From positions 64,001 to 128,000 of the IMG/VR virus record IMGVR_UViG_3300027970_000001: DNA of 64,000 nt; one strand, given 5' to 3'. The position numbers and the translations under genes are program-made. The DNA comes from a virus. Of this stretch, positions 26,856 to 36,899 are shown in pieces (within the stretch, counting starts at the first letter, position 1; each line of letters begins with the position of its first letter). Under the pieces are notes generated by a model. That model worked only from the letters and a program-made list of their open reading frames with translations, did no database searches and was not told the DNA's origin.

Positions 26856-28497
26856 GGTGGCTCTTGTTCGGGACGATCCGGCGCACATTCAAGCCAGAAT
26901 CCCACGTTCGGAAAGGAAAATCCTTCAAAGGCTCCAGAGGACTGACCGTGTACTTCTTCGGCAGGTCGTCGTAGAAGCTCTTGGGCGGAGTTCCGCCAAT
27001 CCGCTTGCGGCTGACGAAGTCGGGCACGAGAACCTGGCGGTACCGGTTCGCGAACGCCCACTCGACCACGATGTTCAGCGCATCCGAGGCGAACGTGGGG
27101 AAGTACATCTCGCGGAGCAGCTTTTGGACTGACTCTGGCTCATCAATAAGCCTGAACTCCATCCACGGCCTGTCAGACTGGATTTCGACGATCACCAGGC
27201 CAGTCGGCGGAGAGACCGCCATTCGCACCCATCCGATGGCGTACTTGACCCTCTCGTCAGGATGGCCGTCTTGTTTGAAGAATGCGTTGTGCAGGTTGTT
27301 CGTGACGTACTCGCGAGCGTCGTCAAGGTTTACGCGCCACGGCTTTTCAGTCGCCTGCCGCATGGCCTCTTCCGTCACCTCATCGATGACAGCGTTCGGC
27401 ACGGCCAGCACGAGCACGTCCTCTGTTTGAGGTCCGAGCATCTGCGTGCCGTGACCGGAGTGGTAGGTGATGCCGCCGAATACGTCGTACCGAGCGGGCG
27501 ACAGCGACTCGAAGCTCATTTCGACCAGCGCCTCGTCGGTCGCCGGAGGGGAGATGCGGAGCACCTCTTTGGTGACGGGATGCTCAAGCAGGTCCGGCCT
27601 GTGCTCGGAGACCAGCTTCTTCGTCAGCTTGCCGTCCTTTGACTTCAGGTTTGCGATGCGTGCCAGCTTGCTCAAGGCCCACGACCTGGCGGTCCCTGGC
27701 TGGAAGTCACTCAGGATGAGTTCCGGCGTGCCGACGGTGAGATCGTTTGGGCGGGCGCCCCACCATCCCGCGATCGGAGACGGCGTGTATGTCTCGCGAA
27801 GGCCAGCGGGCACGGGGAACTGTTCTTGACGGAAGCCTTCCTGCTCGTCGTCATCTTCATCATCCGGCGGTGCATCGCCATCTTCGTCTTCGCTTAGATC
27901 GTCGACAATCGTGAATCCGACGCGCGGTTCATCGCCAATGCCCTCGCGCCGCTGGCGGCTCTCGGCAGTAAAAGAGACTCCAGCGCCTTGCCGGACAACG
28001 GAGCGCGGTGGAAGGCGGGCTCCGCTTGGAACGTGGGACACGGCTCCGATGGTCGACTGAGCGCCGATCACGCATCCCGAGCCGACCTCGGCGCCATCGC
28101 CGATGGTCGTCATGTCCCCGATCTGAGCATCCTCTCCGACGTATGCTTCAGCCCCCACATCGACGCCCATGCCAATGGACGCGTCTTGGCCGATATCGCC
28201 GCGGATGTCTGCGTGAGCCTCGATGCGGGCCCCGTCGTGAATCACGCCTTGCAGAATCGCGGCGATCGCCACCACGCCATCGCCGATGGTGCAGGGCTCC
28301 ACGATGACACACTGTTCGAGACGGGAGTGGCCGATCGACACGTTGCCGTTCGGCGCGATGATGACGCACCGGTCAAGCTCGGCGCCCCATGAGACCTCTG
28401 CTGAGCCTTCGATGCGCTCCTCGAAGGGCATGGAGTATCGGCGGTTCCAAGCGGGGTCTCGCTTGCGGAAGTCTTCGATGGGGTTGCGGCGTGTCAT
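26848..28497 (-). CDS. MTRRNP-tagged protein with left-handed beta-helix hexapeptide repeats and a C-terminal polyvalent-type domain
   Basis: IGDGVV/IHDGAR/IGQDAS/VGAEAY/VGEDAQ/IGDGAE repeats; acidic linker; WVRM...VEIQSD motif. Confidence 0.7.
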   Translation of the reverse strand: MTRRNPIEDFRKRDPAWNRRYSMPFEERIEGSAEVSWGAELDRCVIIAPNGNVSIGHSRLEQCVIVEPCTIGDGVVAIAAILQGVIHDGARIEAHADIRGDIGQDASIGMGVDVGAEAYVGEDAQIGDMTTIGDGAEVGSGCVIGAQSTIGAVSHVPSGARLPPRSVVRQGAGVSFTAESRQRREGIGDEPRVGFTIVDDLSEDEDGDAPPDDEDDDEQEGFRQEQFPVPAGLRETYTPSPIAGWWGARPNDLTVGTPELILSDFQPGTARSWALSKLARIANLKSKDGKLTKKLVSEHRPDLLEHPVTKEVLRISPPATDEALVEMSFESLSPARYDVFGGITYHSGHGTQMLGPQTEDVLVLAVPNAVIDEVTEEAMRQATEKPWRVNLDDAREYVTNNLHNAFFKQDGHPDERVKYAIGWVRMAVSPPTGLVIVEIQSDRPWMEFRLIDEPESVQKLLREMYFPTFASDALNIVVEWAFANRYRQVLVPDFVSRKRIGGTPPKSFYDDLPKKYTVSPLEPLKDFPFRTWDSGLNVRRIVPNKSHRD

Positions 28498-28499
28498 GG

Positions 28500-30221
28500 T
28501 CAGCGTGCCTCTCTGCTCGTCCGGCGCTTCCGGTTCTTCTCGATGCCGCGAGAGCTGAGCCAGTCGAGGACATCCTGAAGGTCGGTCGACTCGTTGACAT
28601 CCATGCCCTCGGTTTCTTCGGGCGAGATGCCGCGATCGATCAGCCTGCGCACCGTCTCCGGCGTGAACTCGGTGTCCGACCCGTCCGCAGCATCCTCGGT
28701 CATCCACTCGAACGCCACGTCGGGAGAGATGCCCTGCTCCGCCCACTTCTTGACGTCTTGGTAGTCGAAGGTCGGGTCGACTTCGATGAATCCGGTCGCA
28801 ATCCAGTCCTCCGCAGGGAACACGAGGAGCCCCTTCGATCCCTCGCTGTCGGGGTAGAAGCCCTGGTGCCTCCACACATCGGAGATGGCTTTGCGCTTTT
28901 TGATCTGAGCTGCGCTCATCGAAGGCGGCGATACGTCTACGCCTGGGAGTGAAGCCTGACCGGCGGGCGAGAAATATGGCGCAGCGGCGGCAAGACTTGA
29001 TGCGATGCGGCCGGTCTTGATCAGACCTTCCGTCCTTCGGCCACCGTCGTCCTCTTCGATGGCTCTCTGCACCGCCCACGGGAAGTCGCGGAACTCTGCT
29101 GGCGAAACGTCTTCGCCAAGCATGCTTTTGACTGACTGATACGCCGTGAAATAGACTCCTTCGTCCATCCACTCCATGAAGTCAGAGACGTTGCGAACGA
29201 CCTCAAGCCACTTCGTTGCGTAGCCCTCAAGGTGCTCTTCGTCGATCCAGTCGACGTTTTTCTGTGCCCAGTCGACGATCGCTTGAATGTCAGGCGGGAG
29301 CTTCTTCACGTTCAGCGTCGCCATGAAGCTATCGACGTACTTCTTGTACTTCTCGGCAGGCGTCTTGTTCTGCTTGCCGAAGGTCTGGATGGCTTTGTTG
29401 AGGTTCTCGTTCCACTCGATCGTGACGTGCGGAAACCCCTTCGGGTCGCGGATGGAATAGAGCACCGAGTCGCTCATGCGAGCGCGACCGCAGTGCTGCA
29501 TTGCATCCTTCTCTTCTTCGCAGTAGGTGCCGGGAAGTAGCTGAACGGTCCAGCCGTCGTCGAAGGTGTGGGCAATCTCGTGCTGCGTGGGAGGCTTCTT
29601 GCCGGACGAGTCGAAGTCCTCGATCGCCTCCTTCACTTCGTCGAAGCTCATCGACGTGAGGTTCGGCTTTTCCTTCTCGGCCCACTGCCCGATCGCAGTG
29701 CCGCGCGTCTTGAAGAACCGAACGGCCTCAACATACTCGCGAGCCTCTTCGATGATGTGGGGCGCAATGCGATCGCCATCGTCTCGCCGCGTGGCCTGGA
29801 GGGCAGTCACGACAGGCTTGGCCTTGTCTGCCAACTGCTTGGACATCCAAAGGAACGTGCCCTCGGACTGGTTGCGCTCCTTGAAGCCTCGTAGCTCGGA
29901 GACCATCTCGACGAGGATTGGCGTGGCTTCGGCCACCTCGTTCTTGAGTGAGGTGAAAAGCGGTTCGGTTGTCGTGTAAATGACCCTCTCGATGAGGCGG
30001 CTGGCTCGGTATGCCGAGTTGATCTCAGCAGCGTCGTCGGACATGGCGGCTTCGCCCATCGCCTTAATGGCGGCGTCGGTGACGGCCGTCTTCCAGCCGT
30101 CTTCGCCGACGGTGTGGGCGATGACGTCGATCATGGAGAACGTCACAATCGGGTACTTCGCGTACTGCTTGGCGATGTACCGAAGCCGGTCGGCCGGCGG
30201 ATTCTGTTCAAGCCTGGTCAT
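28500..30221 (-). CDS. PcfJ-like domain protein, tagged at both ends
   Basis: EKDAMQHCG...LYSIRDPKGFPHVTIEW; N-terminal LEQNPP, C-terminal IEKNRKRRTSREAR; GAGGAGG SD. Confidence 0.7.
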   Translation of the reverse strand: MTRLEQNPPADRLRYIAKQYAKYPIVTFSMIDVIAHTVGEDGWKTAVTDAAIKAMGEAAMSDDAAEINSAYRASRLIERVIYTTTEPLFTSLKNEVAEATPILVEMVSELRGFKERNQSEGTFLWMSKQLADKAKPVVTALQATRRDDGDRIAPHIIEEAREYVEAVRFFKTRGTAIGQWAEKEKPNLTSMSFDEVKEAIEDFDSSGKKPPTQHEIAHTFDDGWTVQLLPGTYCEEEKDAMQHCGRARMSDSVLYSIRDPKGFPHVTIEWNENLNKAIQTFGKQNKTPAEKYKKYVDSFMATLNVKKLPPDIQAIVDWAQKNVDWIDEEHLEGYATKWLEVVRNVSDFMEWMDEGVYFTAYQSVKSMLGEDVSPAEFRDFPWAVQRAIEEDDGGRRTEGLIKTGRIASSLAAAAPYFSPAGQASLPGVDVSPPSMSAAQIKKRKAISDVWRHQGFYPDSEGSKGLLVFPAEDWIATGFIEVDPTFDYQDVKKWAEQGISPDVAFEWMTEDAADGSDTEFTPETVRRLIDRGISPEETEGMDVNESTDLQDVLDWLSSRGIEKNRKRRTSREAR

Positions 30222-30649
30222 GTCCGCACCTCCTCAACCTTGCGCAGCCCCTTGATGATGTCCGACACGCGCCACGCCCACTTGTACCGCTCGTAGGGGG
30301 AGTCGAGGTCGAAATCGTCTTTGATCAGGAGGACTTCGCCGTCGTAGCCAAGGCCGTTGACCAACCGTTCGACCGGCCCACGCAGCTTCATCGGAGCGAT
30401 GATGTAGGGCAGGTCGTTCACGGCCACGACCTCGGTGGCCTTGGCCTCGCAGTAGGCGTACTTGCTCGCGAAGTCGGTCATCCCCTCCGGCTTTGAGAGA
30501 ACGCCGAACTTCGCCTCGGTGATGTCTCGCTTCCACAGGCGCGAGATCTTCTTGGCTGCCGCTCCGAGCTGCGCCGTGGTCTCCAAGACCCGCATCAAGA
30601 TGGAGGACGTGTACCCATCCACCCACTTCTGCTGCTCTTCTGTGAACAA
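30218..30649 (-). CDS. hypothetical protein
   Basis: Overlaps the downstream start codon. Confidence 0.55.
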   Translation of the reverse strand: MFTEEQQKWVDGYTSSILMRVLETTAQLGAAAKKISRLWKRDITEAKFGVLSKPEGMTDFASKYAYCEAKATEVVAVNDLPYIIAPMKLRGPVERLVNGLGYDGEVLLIKDDFDLDSPYERYKWAWRVSDIIKGLRKVEEVRT

Positions 30650-30700
30650 GGTCGGCTCTCCGGGTAGTCGTCACGATGGGTAGCGCCGGGATGATAGCTC

Positions 30701-33700
30701 ATGTCATCATCATTGCCCATGGCTACCAAGCGTACGTCCCGTCGCCCCGTGTCCAGAAACGCCGACGGCGGCAGCCTCGCCGTGCCCCCCGATCCGGCTT
30801 TCATCGAACGCATCGAGAGCGTGGACGATCACCTTTCGACGCCGGGCCAGTATTACACGACGACCGGGCAGCAGGCGTACCTCGTCGCGCGCTCGATGAC
30901 CTGGCACCCGATGGTTGAGGCCGGCGAGGAGACCTACTTCGCAGAGGGGTCCGTCTTTCACTGGACGGTGCTGGCCGATGAGAAGTCGGCCACGTCCGAC
31001 GTGCTACCGGTCGAGCTTCTGAACGAGAAGGTCCAGATCGAGCAACTGTCTGATGCTGTGTCCAGGCTTGGAAAGAACGCCATGCGCCGAAACGGCGATG
31101 AAGGCGGCGAGGACTGGGGCGTCACGGAGAGCTACTTCCTCGACAAGCTGGATGCCTATGACCGATGGGAGTCGGCTTTCTGGCGCGAACTGCTGCAAAA
31201 CAGCAGGGACGCCGGAGCGACGAAGATCGAGCTTTCCTCCGAGGAGACGACCTATTCAGATCCGGCGACGGGTGAAGGTCTGCCGGCGGTGCTTTGCGTC
31301 TGCCGCGACAACGGCGTCGGCATGGACAAGGAGACGCTCAAGCGCGCCTTCTTCACGCTCGGCGGCTCGATGAAGCCGGCCGGCGCGGTGGGCGGGTTTG
31401 GGGACGCCAAAGAGCTGATCCTCACGCCGTGGTACCGATACGAGGTCCGCACGCGAGGCCTGCTGGCCATCGGGCAGCACCAGCGCCTCTTCGCCCCGGG
31501 GATTCGGAGCGGTGAGCCGTTCGTTCAGGGCGTCGAGATCCGCGTATGGATGCCGGTCCACAAGAGCACGAACGACAGCTACGCCGTCGGAGTGCTTGAA
31601 AAGAGCCACCTGATCGGCATTCGGGTTACGGTCAACGGGCAGCGAGTCAGCGCCGACCTGATTGGCGGCGACAAGGTCCGCGAGCATCCGATCACGATCA
31701 CCACGTTCACCGTGTCGTGGTCGGAGCGCGGGGAGGGGCGAACCCAGAGCTTCGCGTACAGCGACGAGTTCTACGAGTTCACCAATGGGCTGAGCCGCAA
31801 GGGCATCGCCTACGACACGTCCAGAGAGCAGAAGGAAGTCGGCAGGATGGAGATCTGGCGTCAGCCGCGCTCCAAGCGCAACGGCTGTTTCGTCCGAGGC
31901 TCCGGCGTGTTCATGTTCGAGAAGAGGGTCGACGCCAACATCAAGGGCGCCATCTTCGTCGACATCACCGCCCCGCCGCGCGGCGTTTTCACCCGCAAGC
32001 GTGACGCTCTCGCAGCTTCGTCCTCGGCATCAGGGTTTCTCAACGCCTACCTCGAAGAGCTTGCCGTCGATCCGATGAGCGCCCTGAAGAAGCAGCGGGC
32101 GGAGCGGGACAAGGAGCGGACGATCTACACGGGCAGTGGGCCCCTGGACGTCCGCAGTGGCGAAGGCGCAGCCGTTGCCGAAGAAGAGCGAGCCCGCCGC
32201 ATGGCCAAGGCTTCCAAAGTGGGAGCCGACCTCGCATCCCGTGTCGACCTGAGCAAGTCCAAGTCGAAGAAGGGCGGCGGCGTCGAGCTAACCGACCAGC
32301 AGTTCGATGCCATCTCCAAGGGCGTCAAGGAACAGCTTGAGCGGGACCAGGAGGAAGCTGACAGGCAGCAGGAGTCGCAGGGCGGGGAGCGCGGCCCTGA
32401 CCTTGTGCCGCTGCCTGAGACGTTCGATGCCGTCGCCAAGAACGTCACTTTCGTCAGCCATGAGCAGCTTGCTGGCGCGCTCCGGTTCGCGGCGTGGAAG
32501 CCCGACCTGTTCGTCTACCAGAACCTCGACAACTGGAAGATGCCCAAGGACTTCAATCCGCTGACGATGAAGCCGAAGTACCTGAAGCTCATCCGTCTGT
32601 GGTCGGAGCTGTGCAAGTACGCTCTCGTTCGGCTTGGCATGTTCAAGCCATTCGGCGTGGGCTGGATTTTCGATACGGAGCGAGACGAGTCCGGCAACGA
32701 GATGGTGCTCGGAGCGGGGTACCTGCGCGAGGCTGACACGGACTGGCTCCTGCTCAACCCGGTCAAAATCAGGCGCACGAACGCATCCTACGAGGAATAC
32801 CCCGACTACTCGGTGGAGTCCGACTACTACAACCTGAGCGACGATGCGTCGATCCGAAGGCTTTGCGCTAGCGTGATCCACGAAGTCACGCACATGCAGG
32901 GCTTCGGCAAGCACGACCAGAAGTACGCGTACGCCTTGACCGACAACATCGAAATCGCGTTCGGGATGGAGAAGGCCGCCAAGAAGATCTTGACCGGCGT
33001 CAACCGCGTCGTCCGCGAAGAGGTCAAGGAGCGCAAGGCGGCCAAGGAGGTCGAGTCTCAGATCCCGTGGGACGCGCTAATCGGCAAGGCCATCATGGCG
33101 GTACGAATCGGCCACAACGCCGGGTTTTCCTATTCGTCTCCCGAGGAGATCTCCAAGGGCAAGCCCAGCGTTGCCGAGCTTGTTCGTCTGCTGAGTCAAG
33201 GGCCGTCGAAGCTCGCCGACCCGTACCGAGCCGAGCGCGTGATCAACGAAGGGGAGAGGATCTACAGCTCGTCGGACGTCAACCCGCGCGTGTTCCTGCG
33301 GCTCTACGAAGCCCTCCGTGACAAGGGCCTGCTGCCAGCCGTCTCCAACGAGCAGGCGTCCCAGTACACCAAGAAGGCGTTCATTTACGGGTTCGATCTT
33401 CCCGACCCGCGCGATCGTGGCGAGGTCGAGGTTCCCTCCAGCGTGGGCGTCTACAACGTCACCAAGCGCACCAAGGGCGGCGAAACCCAGTGGGTGCTAC
33501 GCGAGGGCTACTCCGGCCTGCGAGGCAAAGAGATTGTGTCTGGCAAGCTCTGGGGTGGCGACCAGCTTGTCGATCGGTACCGCTACAACGACCACCTCTT
33601 GGCCGCGCGCCCCGACGGGCTGTGGGTTGTCTGGGCTCCCATCGAGGGCTCATCTACCGAGTACAAGGGCTTGCCTTCCGAAAAGCTGGAAAGGGTGCTC

Positions 33701-34150
33701 AGTATCAGTGCCTACGCTGACATCAACCTTTCAACCCAGGATAAGGCGAACTGGAACTTCTACACCTACGGCTGGAATGGCAAGATCGCGTCGCAATACT
33801 CCGGCGCTCCCGGCACGCCCTCGATGCTCTCGGCGGCCGAAGCTCAGGGCAACGCGATGACGCAGATCTCTGCGGCGATCGGCAAGACTCCACAGGCCGC
33901 TCGCATGCCCAGGGGAGCCTGGCGGTCGTCCGGGGGAGAGCACTTCTTTGGGCACGACGTCGAAGGAGAGAAGAGGGTCTCGCTCGGCGAAGTGGTCCGC
34001 GGCAATGACCGCCGCTGGCTCGCTTACATCTGGGCCGGCGGCTACTCCGATGACAATCAGGAAACCACGTGGAGCGAAGAGTACGACAGCCTGGAAGAGG
34101 CCAAGCAAGCCGTCGAACAGCAGTCGATGAAGCATCCGCTCAGGACCTGA
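30701..34150 (+). CDS. large GHKL (Hsp90/MORC-like) ATPase with HExxH metallopeptidase-like motif
   Basis: RELLQNSRDA, CRDNGVGM, GGFGDAKEL; VIHEVTHMQG; N-terminal KRTSRRPVSRNA and MRRNG tags. Confidence 0.85.
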   Translation: MSSSLPMATKRTSRRPVSRNADGGSLAVPPDPAFIERIESVDDHLSTPGQYYTTTGQQAYLVARSMTWHPMVEAGEETYFAEGSVFHWTVLADEKSATSDVLPVELLNEKVQIEQLSDAVSRLGKNAMRRNGDEGGEDWGVTESYFLDKLDAYDRWESAFWRELLQNSRDAGATKIELSSEETTYSDPATGEGLPAVLCVCRDNGVGMDKETLKRAFFTLGGSMKPAGAVGGFGDAKELILTPWYRYEVRTRGLLAIGQHQRLFAPGIRSGEPFVQGVEIRVWMPVHKSTNDSYAVGVLEKSHLIGIRVTVNGQRVSADLIGGDKVREHPITITTFTVSWSERGEGRTQSFAYSDEFYEFTNGLSRKGIAYDTSREQKEVGRMEIWRQPRSKRNGCFVRGSGVFMFEKRVDANIKGAIFVDITAPPRGVFTRKRDALAASSSASGFLNAYLEELAVDPMSALKKQRAERDKERTIYTGSGPLDVRSGEGAAVAEEERARRMAKASKVGADLASRVDLSKSKSKKGGGVELTDQQFDAISKGVKEQLERDQEEADRQQESQGGERGPDLVPLPETFDAVAKNVTFVSHEQLAGALRFAAWKPDLFVYQNLDNWKMPKDFNPLTMKPKYLKLIRLWSELCKYALVRLGMFKPFGVGWIFDTERDESGNEMVLGAGYLREADTDWLLLNPVKIRRTNASYEEYPDYSVESDYYNLSDDASIRRLCASVIHEVTHMQGFGKHDQKYAYALTDNIEIAFGMEKAAKKILTGVNRVVREEVKERKAAKEVESQIPWDALIGKAIMAVRIGHNAGFSYSSPEEISKGKPSVAELVRLLSQGPSKLADPYRAERVINEGERIYSSSDVNPRVFLRLYEALRDKGLLPAVSNEQASQYTKKAFIYGFDLPDPRDRGEVEVPSSVGVYNVTKRTKGGETQWVLREGYSGLRGKEIVSGKLWGGDQLVDRYRYNDHLLAARPDGLWVVWAPIEGSSTEYKGLPSEKLERVLSISAYADINLSTQDKANWNFYTYGWNGKIASQYSGAPGTPSMLSAAEAQGNAMTQISAAIGKTPQAARMPRGAWRSSGGEHFFGHDVEGEKRVSLGEVVRGNDRRWLAYIWAGGYSDDNQETTWSEEYDSLEEAKQAVEQQSMKHPLRT

Positions 34151-34163
34151 CGGCGACGGGCGC

Positions 34164-34670
34164 TCACCCCGCCTTCCGAGCCCACTGCTCTCTCACTTCT
34201 TGCATCTCGACCGCGTCCCTGGCGGCCCGCTCGAAGTGATTGTCGAGGTACGGCGCCCCTCCAAAGATCCACGCCACAAGCGACGCCCCCGAGTAGTTCA
34301 GCAGGGGCTGCAACAGCACAAGCAGCAGCCCGATCGACCAGTGAGCAGAAAAGCAGAGCGCCACAGCAGCCGGGATGGCCGCGATTGAGCCGGCCCTCGC
34401 CTGGGTGGTGTGCTCAAGCTCGTGCATCAGCGTCATCTCTCCCGCCGTGGGAGAGAGCATCACGCCGTAGCCCATCGAGAAGCCGGACCAGTGCTTCCAC
34501 CAGGTCCTGACAGGCCAGCTATTCTCGTCGAGGCGCACAATCGCGACGCCGTCGCTGATGGTCAGGGACTTGCCCCAGGCAGCCCTGACAAAGAGCGCGA
34601 ACAAGTAGCCTGCCACCACGCTGGGCAGGCAAAGAAGCATGACAAGCGCGATCCTGGCGATTCTGGGCAT
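34164..34670 (-). CDS. membrane protein with HExxH motif
   Basis: Hydrophobic segments, LMHELEHTTQ, and a downstream FERAA Glu. Confidence 0.55.
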   Translation of the reverse strand: MPRIARIALVMLLCLPSVVAGYLFALFVRAAWGKSLTISDGVAIVRLDENSWPVRTWWKHWSGFSMGYGVMLSPTAGEMTLMHELEHTTQARAGSIAAIPAAVALCFSAHWSIGLLLVLLQPLLNYSGASLVAWIFGGAPYLDNHFERAARDAVEMQEVREQWARKAG

Positions 34671-34895
34671 TCTCGAACCTTACGGAATCCAAGGGCCCAA
34701 GTCCACGCCGCGGGCTATCTACCGCGCAGCCATCGTCTCTTTGAGCCGCTGGAACAGAGAATCGAGCCTGTCGGCGGACCAGTCCTCGGGGTGCGTTCGG
34801 CAGTGCTCTGCGTACCACCTCTCCCACTCGACTGTCATCTCTCCAAGCAGGACGGTCAGGCGCCTGCGATTGTCATGGTCCACGGGATTCCTCGG

Positions 34896-36167
34896 TCAGC
34901 GGTCGTGTTCGTAATCATGGCCCGGCACGACGCCGCTGTCGCTGGCATTGCGAAGGTGCGGCTCGATCCAGATGACCCGGCGCAGCAGTCTTGCCTTACC
35001 GTGCGCCTGCCTGCGCCAATGCCCCCGCACGATGATGTCATGAGGCAGAGCCGCGCAAGAAAGCCGCTTGGACTTCCGTCCAACGTCCCAGGACGCGTAC
35101 TGACCAGCCCGGTGGTCGAGCCTGATCTTGACCAACGTGCGCTTGGACTCGGCCGCCTCGACCGCTCCTCCCCATGTCCCCTGGCCTCCCGATGATGGCT
35201 CGATGTCGGGGCTCGGGCTCGACAAGAACAAGCAGAAGTTCGCCATGAACTGACGCAGCATGCGACAGCCCTCTTCGTACCCATAGCTGCGCCCAAGGAA
35301 CCTAACGGCATCGTTCGAGGCCATGTCTCTGTGGATGGGGATGAGACGCTCGTCCACCGACTCGGCCAGCGACTCCAGCCCTTCGTACAGGCTCATGGAC
35401 ATGTGAGTGACGTTGTCGTCGCCCGTAGTGGCGCTGTCCTTCTTGGGTTCGCCCCAGAACACGCCGAAGAGAGACCTGCCCGACATATGCTCCCGCGAGG
35501 CCAGGTACCCGGGCACGTTGCCCTCAGACACGCCCACGAGAGTCACATCGTGATGACCCGTCGACTCGTTCTTGATGCTCAAGATCCCAGGGCTGAAGCT
35601 GATGTAGAAGCCCGGAAAAGGTAGCTGCACGTCCGACGGCTTCAGGCCCGCCACGTCGGTCAGCAGCAGGTTTTCCACCAGCGCGTCGGAGACGTTGAAG
35701 ACGTTCGGCCTGGAAAGCCGGTTGGCCCTTGAGAAAACGAACGACGCGTAGAGAAGCGGCTGAACCCCAGCGACCAGCAGGCTCATGGACTCCCAGGACT
35801 CGGGCATGTGCTGCTGAGCCTGAGGAATCATGGTCGTCATGCCGGCCGCTGCGATGTCGATGGCGGCGTCCTGGTGCTTCCATTGCCGGCTGACGATGTC
35901 GGGGGGACACTCGAAGTGTTTGTCGAACCCGACGATGCTCATGCCAGAAGCCTCCCAGACACTATTCATGTACTGGAGCTGCTGCTTTCTCTGGATAGAC
36001 TTTCCAGCCTTCCAGTCTCGCTCGATTTCATCGTGGGCGCGCATGATCTTACGGCGCACGCTTCGATCGTCGGTGTCGGCGAAGCACGAGAGCGGCTCCA
36101 TGCCCCTGGCCTTGCGGAGAGCCTTTTCCGTGATGGTGACGAGGACTTGAGTGTCGATCTTTTCCAT
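34896..36167 (-). CDS. conserved phage hypothetical protein
   Basis: C-terminal IVRGHWRRQAHG...RRVIWIEPH motif, recurrent in phage proteins. Confidence 0.65.
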   Translation of the reverse strand: MEKIDTQVLVTITEKALRKARGMEPLSCFADTDDRSVRRKIMRAHDEIERDWKAGKSIQRKQQLQYMNSVWEASGMSIVGFDKHFECPPDIVSRQWKHQDAAIDIAAAGMTTMIPQAQQHMPESWESMSLLVAGVQPLLYASFVFSRANRLSRPNVFNVSDALVENLLLTDVAGLKPSDVQLPFPGFYISFSPGILSIKNESTGHHDVTLVGVSEGNVPGYLASREHMSGRSLFGVFWGEPKKDSATTGDDNVTHMSMSLYEGLESLAESVDERLIPIHRDMASNDAVRFLGRSYGYEEGCRMLRQFMANFCLFLSSPSPDIEPSSGGQGTWGGAVEAAESKRTLVKIRLDHRAGQYASWDVGRKSKRLSCAALPHDIIVRGHWRRQAHGKARLLRRVIWIEPHLRNASDSGVVPGHDYEHDR

Positions 36168-36229
36168 GTCGAGTACGTCTGATGTAACGCACCCGCTGGA
36201 GAGCGCAAGGGCCTTGCGCTCTCATCGTC

Positions 36230-36892
36230 TCACGGAGCTTCTTTTCGTTCGCTGAGCCACGACTGATACGCGTCGGACTCGATGGAGCCATCGTCTTTGG
36301 TCCGGCTCCACAGGCGGCGCTCGCCGTGCCGGTGGTTCTGCTCGACGCTCATCCCGGCTGCGGTGGCCAGGACGTGCAGAGCCTCGTGGACGCAGAGAGA
36401 GCCGTGGGCGACGCGGATGAAGGACTCGCGGATGTAGAAGATGGGGCATCCGCTGCCGATGCGCTGAGGCGTGCGGGTCTGAAGCGCGTTGGCGTGGTCG
36501 GCGATGGCAGCCGTGCCGTCGAGCTGATCGAACAGCCGCGGCGACAGGAACACGACGCGGACTTCACGAAGCTCGTGGTGGGCGTTGGCCCTGGTCGAAA
36601 ACGGCGCGTCTGCTGGGTCCAACTGAGCCCTGGCCCAGGCTTCTGCCGCCTTCAGCACGGCGGCGTGGCAGTCCGAGGCCAGGTCCGCATCAACCTCCCT
36701 GTCCGGGTCGCCTGGAGAGCCGGAGAAGGGGTCTTTAGCCCAGAGCACGTGAAGGGTGATCCCGTCGCTGGTGACGGTTTGGGAGCTTCCACGAGGCAGG
36801 CGGGGAGTGAACCCGGTTGCTAGAAGCCAGACGATTCCGGCCACCGCGAGAGCGGCGGCGGCGACCAGGATGACAAGAGCGGGTAGGGGCAT
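36230..36892 (-). CDS. N-terminally anchored putative zinc metallopeptidase
   Basis: Signal/TM segment, then CVHEALHVL. Confidence 0.5.
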   Translation of the reverse strand: MPLPALVILVAAAALAVAGIVWLLATGFTPRLPRGSSQTVTSDGITLHVLWAKDPFSGSPGDPDREVDADLASDCHAAVLKAAEAWARAQLDPADAPFSTRANAHHELREVRVVFLSPRLFDQLDGTAAIADHANALQTRTPQRIGSGCPIFYIRESFIRVAHGSLCVHEALHVLATAAGMSVEQNHRHGERRLWSRTKDDGSIESDAYQSWLSERKEAP

Positions 36893-36899
36893 GGTTTCC

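Noticed and set aside
26848-29172. 774-aa ORF as listed in the track
   Set aside because: The first about 225 codons overlap the real gene 28500-30221 in another frame; the true start is MTRRNP at 28497 with a GAGG SD.
34670-34715. GGTTCGAGA T-loop-like sequence suggesting a second tRNA
   Set aside because: No cloverleaf stems could be formed around it.
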